From positions 928,001-992,000 of the forward strand of contig OZ241456.1 of assembly GCA_965200875.1 (NCBI GenBank): a stretch of DNA of 64,000 nucleotides, written 5' to 3'. The DNA is from Bdellovibrionales bacterium. Lineage in GTDB: Bacteria > Bdellovibrionota > Bdellovibrionia > Bdellovibrionales > UBA1609. Made by a program: the position numbers and the translations under genes. Shown here in pieces: positions 47,515 through 56,023 of this stretch (position 1 is the stretch's first letter; each line of letters begins with the position of its first letter). Under the pieces are notes generated by a model. The model was given only the letters and a program-made list of their open reading frames with translations, ran no database searches and was not told the origin of the DNA.

Positions 47515-47611
47515 GCTTTGAGAGCAACATTTCAGAAGTGTACTGTCTTAGCTTGTATTCCAGCCTCCTGTTTTTAGCTTTGAGAGCAACATTTCAGAAG
47601 TGTACTGTCTT
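47515..47611. repeat. 35-bp perfect direct repeat, 2 copies, 27-bp spacer
   Basis: GCTTTGAGAGCAACATTTCAGAAGTGTACTGTCTT at 47515-47549 and 47577-47611. Confidence 0.85.
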
Positions 47612-47844
47612 TGAATATTTTTCAACAAATACTGTTTAATTTCAAGGAATTTTGTCGCTTGGTTTGTTTTTGGATCTGCCGGCTTGGAGTAAATTAGTGA
47701 TGAAAAAGTGATATTTATTGATTTTGTTTCACTGTGATCCAGAACAAATGTCTTTTTGTAATAATTGTTTTTTTTAGAGTTACCCAGTCTTTAGTTTTAA
47801 ATCGAAAGTCATATAAAGGTATTGTTGAGCATCATGGTTTTAAA

Positions 47845-47934
47845 AAGTGGTCCGTGAAAAAGTATGTTATTTTCCTGGATTCCCGCCTGTAAGGGACTGA
47901 AAAGCCAACAACATGGCTTTTTCACAGAAGACTA
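47845..47934 (+). mobile_element. Short MITE-like element
   Basis: AGTGGTCCGTGAAAAAGTATGTTATTTT..TGGATTCCCG left end, AAAAGCCA/TGGCTTTT hairpin and TTTTTCACAGAAGACTA right end. Confidence 0.7.
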
Positions 47935-48101
47935 AATTAGCTCTTAATATTTTTTTATTTATGTCCGATATATCAATCTAAAGGCAAATTTCAAGCGGAA
48001 ACAATTTGAAGCTGTTTAAGGTCTCAACAGGTTTGAGCCTCTGAGGAACTCCAAATTGCAGTTTGAGTTATTGAATGGAAAAGTAAAACAGGAGTGATTT
48101 T

Positions 48102-49217
48102 ATGTCATCTGACAATCAGAACAATATCATCTCATTTCCAGGTACTGCAAAATCAAATGCACGGGTTTCGAAAAAGGATGAAAACAAACAATCACATTTG
48201 AATAATGTAATTCAAATTCCTTTGAAAACTGTTGAATCTCCCAGTTACCAGACAATGGAGAAAAAGAATATGATGTTGCAAAGCTCCAATGTGCAAAGAA
48301 GCTCTGGTGTGAAAAATTCAAATAATAATATTATAAACAAAACAAATTCTGATTTTTGGAGAGAGAGAGGACACACCACAGACTTTCATTCTTCAGATAA
48401 AGATGAGGCAGAGGCAGGTTCGTTTTCAGCTTCCGGTGGTGGTGGTGAGTCTTCCGGTGGTGGTGGTGAGTCTTCCGGTGGTGGTGGTGAGTCGCTTTCT
48501 GGCAAGAAGTTTCATTATGTTGGTGTGGCTTGTGCTTTGTGTTTCATGTTGGTAAGTGTTCCTTTTTTGAATCAGAAAAATGCGCGCGGATTGGCTTCAT
48601 CATTAAAATCTGCTCTACCGGTAAAAATAATCAAACCGGATGGCACACAGTATAAAGTAGATCTCTATGAAAATGAAAATGGAGCTTTGAAACTGAATTT
48701 ATTGGAAGAAGGAAACCTCTCTGATCGTAATCCTAGTAGTGTGGAAAAAGATAGTTTTTTGGGGACTTTTAAGTCTGTATTTGGTTTTTCCAATAGAGAT
48801 CCTGATAATGAGGATAAGGAAAAAATTAAAACAAAATGGCGTGTACAACAGGATAAAGCTTTGTATTTAATCAATAAAGGTCAGAGAAAGCTGGCTGGTA
48901 TCGGGCGAGACCCTCAAGCTAGGGATATTTTTTCCATAGAGGAGCTGAATTCCAGTTATAATGTGAAATGGAGAAGGGGTAAGTTGGTATATGCGATTTT
49001 ATTGCCGGGTAAATCACCTGTTTTACTGCCGACCACGGAGCATATAGTGAGAAGGTACAGAGAAATTTTTCCGGCTCACAGGGTAATCAGAAAATTAGAC
49101 TCTTTATCAGGAGATCTGGAAATTTATGAATTAAGGAACGCGGAAGGCTTAATTACAGCGCAGGTGGAGACTTTAAGAGATGAGAAAGGCAGAGTACTTT
49201 CCATCCATGTACAATAG
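48102..49217 (+). CDS. Hypothetical single-TM protein with Gly/Ser repeat
   Basis: CAGGAG RBS; SGGGGES x3 (21-bp repeat at about 48430-48492); TM YVGVACALCFMLVSVPFL; RGLAS/RNPSS motifs. Confidence 0.7.
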   Translation: MSSDNQNNIISFPGTAKSNARVSKKDENKQSHLNNVIQIPLKTVESPSYQTMEKKNMMLQSSNVQRSSGVKNSNNNIINKTNSDFWRERGHTTDFHSSDKDEAEAGSFSASGGGGESSGGGGESSGGGGESLSGKKFHYVGVACALCFMLVSVPFLNQKNARGLASSLKSALPVKIIKPDGTQYKVDLYENENGALKLNLLEEGNLSDRNPSSVEKDSFLGTFKSVFGFSNRDPDNEDKEKIKTKWRVQQDKALYLINKGQRKLAGIGRDPQARDIFSIEELNSSYNVKWRRGKLVYAILLPGKSPVLLPTTEHIVRRYREIFPAHRVIRKLDSLSGDLEIYELRNAEGLITAQVETLRDEKGRVLSIHVQ

Positions 49218-49345
49218 TGGTCCGTGAAAAAGTATGTTATTTTGACTGGATTCCCGTTTTCACGGGAATGACTTCCCTTGGGAAGGAAAATGAAAAAAGG
49301 GTGTGATAATTGAAATACAAAAGGTTTTTCACGGGTGAGTAACTA
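49215..49345 (+). mobile_element. MITE-like element (long form)
   Basis: Terminal inverted repeats TAGTGGTCCGTGAAAAA / TTTTTCACGGGTGAGTA; internal ATTCCC-GTTTTCAC-GGGAAT palindrome. Its first TAG is the stop codon of the upstream gene. Confidence 0.8.
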
Positions 49346-49492
49346 GTAGCCTGTGAAAAAGTATGTTATTTTGATTGGATTCCCGTTTTCAAGGGACTGA
49401 AAGCCAATAACTTGGCTTTCAGTTTCCAAGAGGGAGCTTTCTCTTTAACAGGTAAGTAACCGGTTTTATCAGGGGTTTTTCACGGGCGATTA
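49344..49492 (+). mobile_element. MITE-like element, tandem to the previous copy
   Basis: TAGTAGCCTGTGAAAAAGTATGTTATTTTG...GGATTCCCG...CTGAAAGCCAA/TTGGCTTTCAG hairpin...TTTTTCACGGGCGATTA. Confidence 0.8.
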
Positions 49493-49538
49493 TTTAGATT
49501 TGATTTTTGATCTTATATTAAGATAAGTTACTGATTTA

Positions 49539-50615
49539 ATGAAAGCAGAAAATCTTCTTAAAGAACTAAAAAAAACTCCTTTTCTCTTGGCTCCTATGGC
49601 CGGCATCACGGATCACCCTTTTCGCTCCTTTATGCGGGAGATGGGTTGTGGTATCGTTACAACTGAATTGATCTCTGCTAAATCTCTTCAAACTGGTTCG
49701 GAAAAAAGCCATAAATTGATGTTTTTTAACGAAAGTCAGCGTCCAATAGGGGTGCAGATTTTCGGAGAGGAATTATCTGCTCTGGCGGACTCCGCTCAAA
49801 TTGTGGAACAAACTGGAGCTGACTTCATTGATCTCAATTTTGGATGTCCTGTTTCCAAAATTGTTAAAAAAGGTGCTGGTTCAGCTATCTTGAAAGATCT
49901 TTTGTTTTTGCGCAAAATACTTCAAACAGTCAAAAAAGCTGTTTCCATTCCCGTGTCCATTAAAGTTAGAACAGGGTGGGATCAACATTCCCGCAACACC
50001 TGTGAAATATCGCATATAGCTTATAATGAAGGAATTGTCTGGTTGACTATTCATGGTAGAACCCGTGCGCAGGCTTATTCTGGTACTGCGGATTGGAATT
50101 ATATTGCTAAGGTGAAAAAACAAGCCACTATACCTGTAATTGGTAATGGAGATTTGGTAAATTCAAAACAAGTTTTAAAATTGAAAAAAGAAAGCAAATG
50201 TGACGGTATGATGATAGGAAGAGGGTGTTTAAAAAACCCTTGGATTTTTCAGGAAGTGAATACAATATATAATAGGAGCATGTATCAGGTGCGCAATACG
50301 CAGATCAATCAGACATATAATATGACTGTCCCCTCTGTGAAAGGACCAAAAAAATGCTACATGAATATTCTAAATCGATTGCAATATCATTTGGAAAGTT
50401 TTTATGATGAGAAAATATTTTTATTACAATATAAAAAGTTTTCCACTTGGTATTCTTCAGGTTATCCAGAGTCAGCTCGCTTTCGCCAGATTGTTTTTCA
50501 AAGTAGAAGCAAACAGGAAGTATTGGATGTAGTGGAGAGTTATTTCCGGGAAGTTGATTTTAAGAATCAACAGAACACAAATTATGAACCTGCTTTAATG
50601 CAAGGGCATGGATAA
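49539..50615 (+). CDS. dusB: tRNA-dihydrouridine synthase B family
   Basis: LAPMAGITD, QIFG, IDLNFGCP, KVRTGW, TIHGRT, IGNGD and MIGRG...PWIF. Confidence 0.9.
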   Translation: MKAENLLKELKKTPFLLAPMAGITDHPFRSFMREMGCGIVTTELISAKSLQTGSEKSHKLMFFNESQRPIGVQIFGEELSALADSAQIVEQTGADFIDLNFGCPVSKIVKKGAGSAILKDLLFLRKILQTVKKAVSIPVSIKVRTGWDQHSRNTCEISHIAYNEGIVWLTIHGRTRAQAYSGTADWNYIAKVKKQATIPVIGNGDLVNSKQVLKLKKESKCDGMMIGRGCLKNPWIFQEVNTIYNRSMYQVRNTQINQTYNMTVPSVKGPKKCYMNILNRLQYHLESFYDEKIFLLQYKKFSTWYSSGYPESARFRQIVFQSRSKQEVLDVVESYFREVDFKNQQNTNYEPALMQGHG

Positions 50616-50631
50616 AATTCGATGAAATATA

Positions 50632-50758
50632 TAGTAGTCTGTGAAAAAGTATGTTATTTTGACTGGATTCCCGTTTTCACGGGAATGACTTCCCTTGGGA
50701 AGTTACATGAAAAAAGAGTGTGATAATTGAAACACTAAGGGTTTTTCACGGGTGACTA
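50632..50758 (+). mobile_element. MITE-like element (long form)
   Basis: Near-identical to the 49215 copy; ends TAGTAGTCTGTGAAAAA / TTTTTCACGGGTGACTA. Confidence 0.8.
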
Positions 50759-50898
50759 TAGTGGCCCGTGAAAAAGTATGTTATTTTGACTGGATTCCCG
50801 CCAGCAAGTTTGCCAACAACTTGGCTTTTAGTTTCCAAGGGAAAGTACATAAAAAAGTGTGATAATTGAAGAAATGGGGGTTTTTCACGGGGGTAGTA
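50759..50898 (+). mobile_element. MITE-like element, tandem to the previous copy
   Basis: TAGTGGCCCGTGAAAAAGTATGTTATTTTGACTGGATTCCCG...TTTTTCACGGGGGTAGTA. Confidence 0.8.
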
Positions 50899-50915
50899 TT
50901 AGAAAGAAAAAAACA

Positions 50916-50991
50916 GCGGGAGTAGCTCAACTGGTAGAGTATCAGCCTTCCAAGCTGAGGGTTGCGGGTTCGAGGCCCGTCTCCCGCTCCA
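50916..50991 (+). tRNA. tRNA-Gly(TCC)
   Basis: GCGGGAG/CTCCCGC acceptor stem, TCAGC-CT-TCC-AA-GCTGA anticodon arm, GGTTCGA T-loop and encoded CCA. Confidence 0.96.
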
Positions 50992-51025
50992 TTTTTGCGG
51001 GCAAGGCAGAGAACAGAAAAAAACA

Positions 51026-51097
51026 GCCCGTGTGGCTCAGTGGCAGAGCACACCCTTGGTAAGGGTGAGATCGTGGGTTCGATTCCCGCCACGGGCT
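51026..51097 (+). tRNA. tRNA-Thr(GGT)
   Basis: GCCCGTG/CACGGGC acceptor stem, CACCC-TT-GGT-AA-GGGTG anticodon arm and GGTTCGATT; CCA not encoded. Confidence 0.95.
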
Positions 51098-51321
51098 TTA
51101 AGGTTTATGTATATCGTAGTTCAATAATGAATATTGATTCCTGTTCCAAGTTTTGATATGTCAAAGGCTTTATGGGGCAATTCAGCTCTGAAAAAGCTTA
51201 ATCTTCTGCTGGAAAAGCTTGTAATAGTTGAATTATTTTGTAAAATGAGTGCTTTTCAGGTATTAAAAAAACAGCATAAATACAATACTTGACAAAAACA
51301 AACATAAAAAAGGGAGGAACA

Positions 51322-52506
51322 GTGGCAAAAGAAAAATTTCAGAGAAATAAAGAACATGTTAATGTTGGCACTATTGGGCATGTAGATCATGGAAAAACAA
51401 CCTTAACGGCGGCTATTACTACTGTTCTGGCTAAAAAGGGCGGAGCTGAGGTTATGGCTTATGATCAAATTGACAAAGCTCCTGAGGAAAAAGCCAGAGG
51501 TATTACTATTTCCACTGCTCATGTGGAATATGAAACGGAAAAACGTCACTATGCTCATGTAGACTGTCCAGGTCACGCTGATTATGTCAAAAACATGATT
51601 ACAGGAGCGGCTCAAATGGATGGAGCTATTTTAGTTGTGTCTGCTGCGGATGGACCTATGCCTCAAACTCGTGAGCACATTTTGTTAGCTCGTCAAGTGG
51701 GTGTTCCGGCTATTGTGGTTTATATGAACAAGTGTGATCAGGTAAATGATCCAGAACTGTTGGAACTGGTTGAAATGGAAATTCGGGAAAGACTGAATGA
51801 TTATAAGTTCCCTGGGGATGATACTCCTATTATTAAAGGTTCTGCTTTAAAAGCTTTGGAGGGAGATGCCAAGGCTGGAGAGTCCATTATGGAGTTGATG
51901 AATGCGATTGACAGCCATATTCCTTCTCCTGTTCGGGATAAAGATAAATCATTTTTGATGCCCATAGAGGATGTGTTTTCCATTTCCGGTCGGGGGACAG
52001 TTGTCACTGGTCGTATTGAAAGAGGAGTTGTGAAAGTTGGAAACGAAGTGGAAATTGTAGGTATTCGTGATACGAAAAAAACAGTGGTGACAGGTATTGA
52101 GATGTTCAGAAAAGAACTGGATCAAGGGGAAGCAGGAGATAACGCCGGTTGTCTACTTAGAGGTGTGGACAAAACAGATGTAGAAAGAGGGCAGGTTTTG
52201 GCTCAACCGGGCACTATTACTCCTCATAAAAAGTTTAAGTGTGAGTGCTATATTTTGACGAAAGATGAAGGTGGCCGTCATACAGCTTTCGTGGATGGTT
52301 ATCGTCCTCAGTTTTATTTCCGCACAACAGATGTAACAGGAAAAGTGATTTTACCGAAAGGTAAGGAAATGGTAATGCCAGGAGATAATGCCACGATGGA
52401 AGTGGAATTGATTTCCTCTATTGCTATGGAAAAAAACAGTAAGTTTGCTGTTCGTGAAGGTGGAAGAACAGTCGGCGCGGGAGTAGTGACTGAAGTTATT
52501 GAATAA
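51322..52506 (+). CDS. tuf: Elongation factor Tu
   Basis: GTG start after [31 protein letters not shown] and GGRTVGAG. Confidence 0.99.
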   Translation: MAKEKFQRNKEHVNVGTIGHVDHGKTTLTAAITTVLAKKGGAEVMAYDQIDKAPEEKARGITISTAHVEYETEKRHYAHVDCPGHADYVKNMITGAAQMDGAILVVSAADGPMPQTREHILLARQVGVPAIVVYMNKCDQVNDPELLELVEMEIRERLNDYKFPGDDTPIIKGSALKALEGDAKAGESIMELMNAIDSHIPSPVRDKDKSFLMPIEDVFSISGRGTVVTGRIERGVVKVGNEVEIVGIRDTKKTVVTGIEMFRKELDQGEAGDNAGCLLRGVDKTDVERGQVLAQPGTITPHKKFKCECYILTKDEGGRHTAFVDGYRPQFYFRTTDVTGKVILPKGKEMVMPGDNATMEVELISSIAMEKNSKFAVREGGRTVGAGVVTEVIE

Positions 52507-52550
52507 AAAAAAAGCGTAGATACGAAAAGGTATTTTGACTTTCATCACAA

Positions 52551-52623
52551 AGGGCAGTAGCTCTAATGGTAGAGCAACGGACTCCAAATCCGTCGGTTGG
52601 GGGTTCGAGTCCCTCCTGCCCTG
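52551..52623 (+). tRNA. tRNA-Trp(CCA)
   Basis: AGGGCAG/CTGCCCT acceptor stem, ACGGA-CT-CCA-AA-TCCGT anticodon arm and GGTTCGAGT; usual position before secE. Confidence 0.95.
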
Positions 52624-52713
52624 TATACAGCCATTCGGAAAAAGTCTTCTTTTTCTCGAAAAGAAAGAATGAAAGGCCAATATTGCCTAGAGTCAAAATA
52701 TTGGGTATGGAAT

Positions 52714-53094
52714 ATGATTAAAGAAGAAAACGCAAAAATTATTACTTTATCTTTTGTGTTGGCTGGTTTTCTAACGGCTTTCGTTGTGCGAGTTCTGTTT
52801 GAATTTGTGGCAGTTTATTCAGGAATGATTGCAATAGCGTATGGACAGGAGTGGATTCGTCATGGAGCACCTGTACTGGCCGGCTTGGTTGTTTTTTTAT
52901 TTTTACAGTTCAGGGAGAGAACCAGAATTTGGGCACATGAAGTGGTAGTGGAAGTGCGTAAAGTGGTATGGCCTTCCCGTCAGGCTACTTTGGGAATGAC
53001 AGTTCTGGTTTGTGTTATTTTAATACTTTCTGGTGTTGTTTTAGGTGTGTTCGATCTGGCCAGCAGTGCGGTTATTAACTTTATTATCGATTGA
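52714..53094 (+). CDS. secE: Preprotein translocase subunit SecE (3-TM form)
   Basis: EVRKVVWPSR motif plus C-terminal TM; lies between tRNA-Trp and nusG. Start inferred. Confidence 0.9.
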   Translation: MIKEENAKIITLSFVLAGFLTAFVVRVLFEFVAVYSGMIAIAYGQEWIRHGAPVLAGLVVFLFLQFRERTRIWAHEVVVEVRKVVWPSRQATLGMTVLVCVILILSGVVLGVFDLASSAVINFIID

Positions 53095-53143
53095 GGTAAA
53101 AGCCGTACAGGGTATGGTGGATATTTTGAAAAGGATTAAAATA

Positions 53144-53698
53144 GTGGAATCAGAAGTTACAAAAGATGATTTTAAGTGGTATATCGTTAAAACCAAAACC
53201 AACTGTGAGTTTAAGGCCAAAACGGCTATTCAGAGATTGGCGAAAGATCATCGCTTGTCATCTGAGCTGAAAAATATTTTAATTCCTGAAAAAGATGTGA
53301 TGGAGGTCAGTAAAGGAAAAAAAGTTATACGACCCAGAAAATTTTATCCAGGTTATGTTTTTATTCAAATGCGCTTGACGAATCATTTGTGGCATTTAAT
53401 AAAGAGTGCTTCCAATGTGGTTAATTTTGTGGGTACACAGGGAAAACCCACGGAAGTTCCCGCGCAACAAATTTCGGCTATCACAAATCGGATAGAGGAA
53501 GATGTAGAGCATCCTCATTCCAAAGTTTCTTTTACAGCTGGAGAACATGTAAAAGTAATAGATGGTCCTTTTAAAACTTTTGGTGGAGTGGTAGAAGAGG
53601 TAAATCAGGAAAAAGGAAGAGTTAAGGTTTCTGTGAGTATTTTTGGACGCCCCACGCCGGTGGAATTGGATTTTTCACAGGTATATCGGGAAGAATGA
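53144..53698 (+). CDS. nusG: Transcription termination/antitermination factor NusG
   Basis: KWYIV, FYPGYVFIQM, NFVG, KOW VKVIDGPF and SIFGRPTPVELDF. Start inferred (GTG 53144; ATG 53114 possible). Confidence 0.96.
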   Translation: MESEVTKDDFKWYIVKTKTNCEFKAKTAIQRLAKDHRLSSELKNILIPEKDVMEVSKGKKVIRPRKFYPGYVFIQMRLTNHLWHLIKSASNVVNFVGTQGKPTEVPAQQISAITNRIEEDVEHPHSKVSFTAGEHVKVIDGPFKTFGGVVEEVNQEKGRVKVSVSIFGRPTPVELDFSQVYREE

Positions 53699-53712
53699 AA
53701 GTTTAGGTAAAA

Positions 53713-54138
53713 ATGGCAAAAAAAGTAGTTTCTCAAATTAAGCTTCAGATCCCGGCTGGCAAAGCCAATCCGGCACCTCCAGTTGGCCCGGCTTTAGGTC
53801 AACATGGAGTCAATATTATGGATTTTTGCAAACAGTTTAACGCAAAGACTCAGAAAATGGGGGACACAGTTGTACCAGTGATTATTGATGTTTTTCAAGA
53901 CAGATCTTTTTCTTTTATTACAAAAACACCACCTGTATCGGTTCTTTTGAAAAAGGCTGTTGGCATCGAAAGCGGTTCTAAAATGCCTCAAAAAGAAAAA
54001 GTGGGAAAAATAAGTATGGATAAAATTAATGAAATTGCCAAGCTTAAAATGCCGGACTTAAACGGGTTGGAGCTGAAATCAGCGATTTCTCAGGTAATAG
54101 GAACTGCTAAAAGCATGGGTTTGGAAATTGTGCAATGA
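53713..54138 (+). CDS. rplK: 50S ribosomal protein L11
   Basis: [34 protein letters not shown]. Confidence 0.99.
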   Translation: MAKKVVSQIKLQIPAGKANPAPPVGPALGQHGVNIMDFCKQFNAKTQKMGDTVVPVIIDVFQDRSFSFITKTPPVSVLLKKAVGIESGSKMPQKEKVGKISMDKINEIAKLKMPDLNGLELKSAISQVIGTAKSMGLEIVQ

Positions 54139-54824
54139 GTGGAAAAAAGTACAGAGCTGTTAAAGAAAAGCTTAAAGATCAGAAGTATTCTGTGGATGAA
54201 GCCTTAAAACTGGTGCTGGAAAATCCTTCAGCAAAGTTTGATGAATCCGTGGATGTGGCTGTTATGTTAGGGGTGGACATACGAAAAAACGAGCAACAGG
54301 TGCGTGGTTCTGTAGCTCTTCCTCATGGTTTGGGAAAAAAGACGCGGGTTTTGGTGTTTGCAAAAGGTTCCGCTGAAGAACAAGCTCGGCAAGCAGGAGC
54401 AGATTTTGTGGGATCGGAAGATATGGTGGAAAAAATAAAACAGGGGTGGTTGGATTTTGACTCAGCCATATCCACGCCGGATATGATGCTAATGGTGTCT
54501 AAAGTGGCCAAGATCCTTGGGCCAAAGGGTTTAATGCCAAATCCGAAGTTAGGAACGGTAACCTCTAAAGTGACTCAGGCGGTGGAAAATCAGAAAAAAG
54601 GGACAGCCAATTTCCGAGCAGATAAAAATGGCATCATTCATAGCTCTATTGGTCGTTGTTCAATGAGTTTGGATAGTATAAAAGAAAATTTTTTGACTTT
54701 TTTGAAGGCAATAGTGAAGGCCAAGCCCTCTTCCAGTAAAGGTATTTACTTGAAGAAGATAGCTCTTTCTTCCACGATGGGACCTTCTGTTTTAGCGGAT
54801 ACCTCTGACAGTGCTTTTGATTAA
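54135..54824 (+). CDS. rplA: 50S ribosomal protein L1
   Basis: [33 protein letters not shown] and SSTMGP. Confidence 0.99.
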   Translation: MSGKKYRAVKEKLKDQKYSVDEALKLVLENPSAKFDESVDVAVMLGVDIRKNEQQVRGSVALPHGLGKKTRVLVFAKGSAEEQARQAGADFVGSEDMVEKIKQGWLDFDSAISTPDMMLMVSKVAKILGPKGLMPNPKLGTVTSKVTQAVENQKKGTANFRADKNGIIHSSIGRCSMSLDSIKENFLTFLKAIVKAKPSSSKGIYLKKIALSSTMGPSVLADTSDSAFD

Positions 54825-54946
54825 GCATATATGAGAGTAGTCCTACAAACACCTTTTGTTGTAAAGCTTAAGAATATATGAGAAGTTAAAAACCCGATAA
54901 ACTGAAATTTGTGCAGAAATTTATAAATAACAAGGAGTAAATAGAA

Positions 54947-55474
54947 TTGATTACCCGATTGGAAAAAGAAGCGCAAGTTAAGAATATTTCTGATAATATC
55001 CAGAAAGCTAAAGCTGGTTTTCTGGTTGATTTTCAGGGCTTGAGTGTGCAACAGATAACAGAAATGAGAAAAGAATTGAGAAATGAAGGTATGGCTGATA
55101 TGAAAGTGTGTAGAAACACTTTGTTTAAAAACGCTTTTTCTGCTTGGCCAGAAATGAAAGAGCATTTTAGCAGTAGTCTCACTGGTGCTAATGCCTTTGT
55201 TTTTGCTTTTGGTGAACCATCCCGTGTGGCTAAAGTTTTAGCGGATTATGCGGAAAAAACAGAAGCCTTACAAATTAAGAAAGGTATGTTGGATGGAAAA
55301 GGCATTAGCGCGGAGGATGTAAAAGCGTTGGCTAAATTGCCACCGATGGAGGTATTGAGAGCCATGTTGTTGGGTGTGTTTTCAGCACCTCTTTCGCAAC
55401 TGTTGTCTGTTTTTTCGGCAGTTCCTGAAAGTTTGTTAAGAGTTATGTCTGCGCGGAAAAAAGATAAAAAATAA
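54947..55474 (+). CDS. rplJ: 50S ribosomal protein L10
   Basis: DFQGLSV..ITEMRKEL, KVCRNTL and LAKLP; AAGGAG RBS; sits between rplA and rplL. Confidence 0.95.
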   Translation: MITRLEKEAQVKNISDNIQKAKAGFLVDFQGLSVQQITEMRKELRNEGMADMKVCRNTLFKNAFSAWPEMKEHFSSSLTGANAFVFAFGEPSRVAKVLADYAEKTEALQIKKGMLDGKGISAEDVKALAKLPPMEVLRAMLLGVFSAPLSQLLSVFSAVPESLLRVMSARKKDKK

Positions 55475-55555
55475 AAATCAACAAAAAGTGAAAGTGACCA
55501 ACCATCAGGATCAGGTTATGAACTTAAAATAAAAACAACAGAAACGGAGGAAAAA

Positions 55556-55933
55556 ATGACAATCACAAAAGAACAGCTTATTGAGCATCTGTCCAATATG
55601 CCAGTCATTGAGGTGGCAGGGCTTATTAAAGATCTGGAGGAAAAATGGGGTGTGAGCGCAAACGCGCCTGTTGCTGTTCAGGCAGTAGCGGGAGCGACTT
55701 CTGCTGAGGCGGAAGAGGAAAAAACAGAGTTTAATGTTACTTTAGCGGTTGTGGGTTCCAACAAAATTTCGGTTATTAAGGAAGTGCGCAGTCTTACCGG
55801 TCTTGGATTGAAAGAAGCGAAAGATCTGGTTGATGGTGCTCCTAAAACGATAAAGGAAAAAGTTTCCAAAGAGGAAGCAGATAAAATGAAGACAGCTTTG
55901 GAAAAAGCTGGTGCAAAAGTGGAAGTGAAATAA
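55556..55933 (+). CDS. rplL: 50S ribosomal protein L7/L12
   Basis: [36 protein letters not shown] and AGAKVEVK. Confidence 0.99.
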   Translation: MTITKEQLIEHLSNMPVIEVAGLIKDLEEKWGVSANAPVAVQAVAGATSAEAEEEKTEFNVTLAVVGSNKISVIKEVRSLTGLGLKEAKDLVDGAPKTIKEKVSKEEADKMKTALEKAGAKVEVK

Positions 55934-56023
55934 TTTTTTGTATGAAAAACAACACTTGATTTTATAAATGTTTAAAAAATATTTACTTATAAAAATCATC
56001 AGCAAAAATTTTAAGGAGGACGA

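Noticed and set aside
46970..47521. Several overlapping repetitive ORFs
   Set aside because: Alternative frames and antisense of the 45-bp repeat in the TPR gene.
49215..50898. Repeats around dusB as a CRISPR array
   Set aside because: Units have terminal inverted repeats and homologous rather than unique interiors, are dispersed, and no cas genes are present.
50781..51156. ORFs 50781-51092, 50859-51062 and 50962-51156
   Set aside because: They overlap tRNA-Gly, tRNA-Thr and a MITE copy; spurious.
52351..52696. Antisense ORFs over the tuf end and tRNA-Trp, and the 5' extension of secE
   Set aside because: They overlap a clear tRNA and tuf.
54825..54946. L10 leader autoregulatory RNA upstream of rplJ
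   Set aside because: Position fits and a weak hairpin exists, but I cannot see the consensus; needs an Infernal search with the Rfam L10_leader model.
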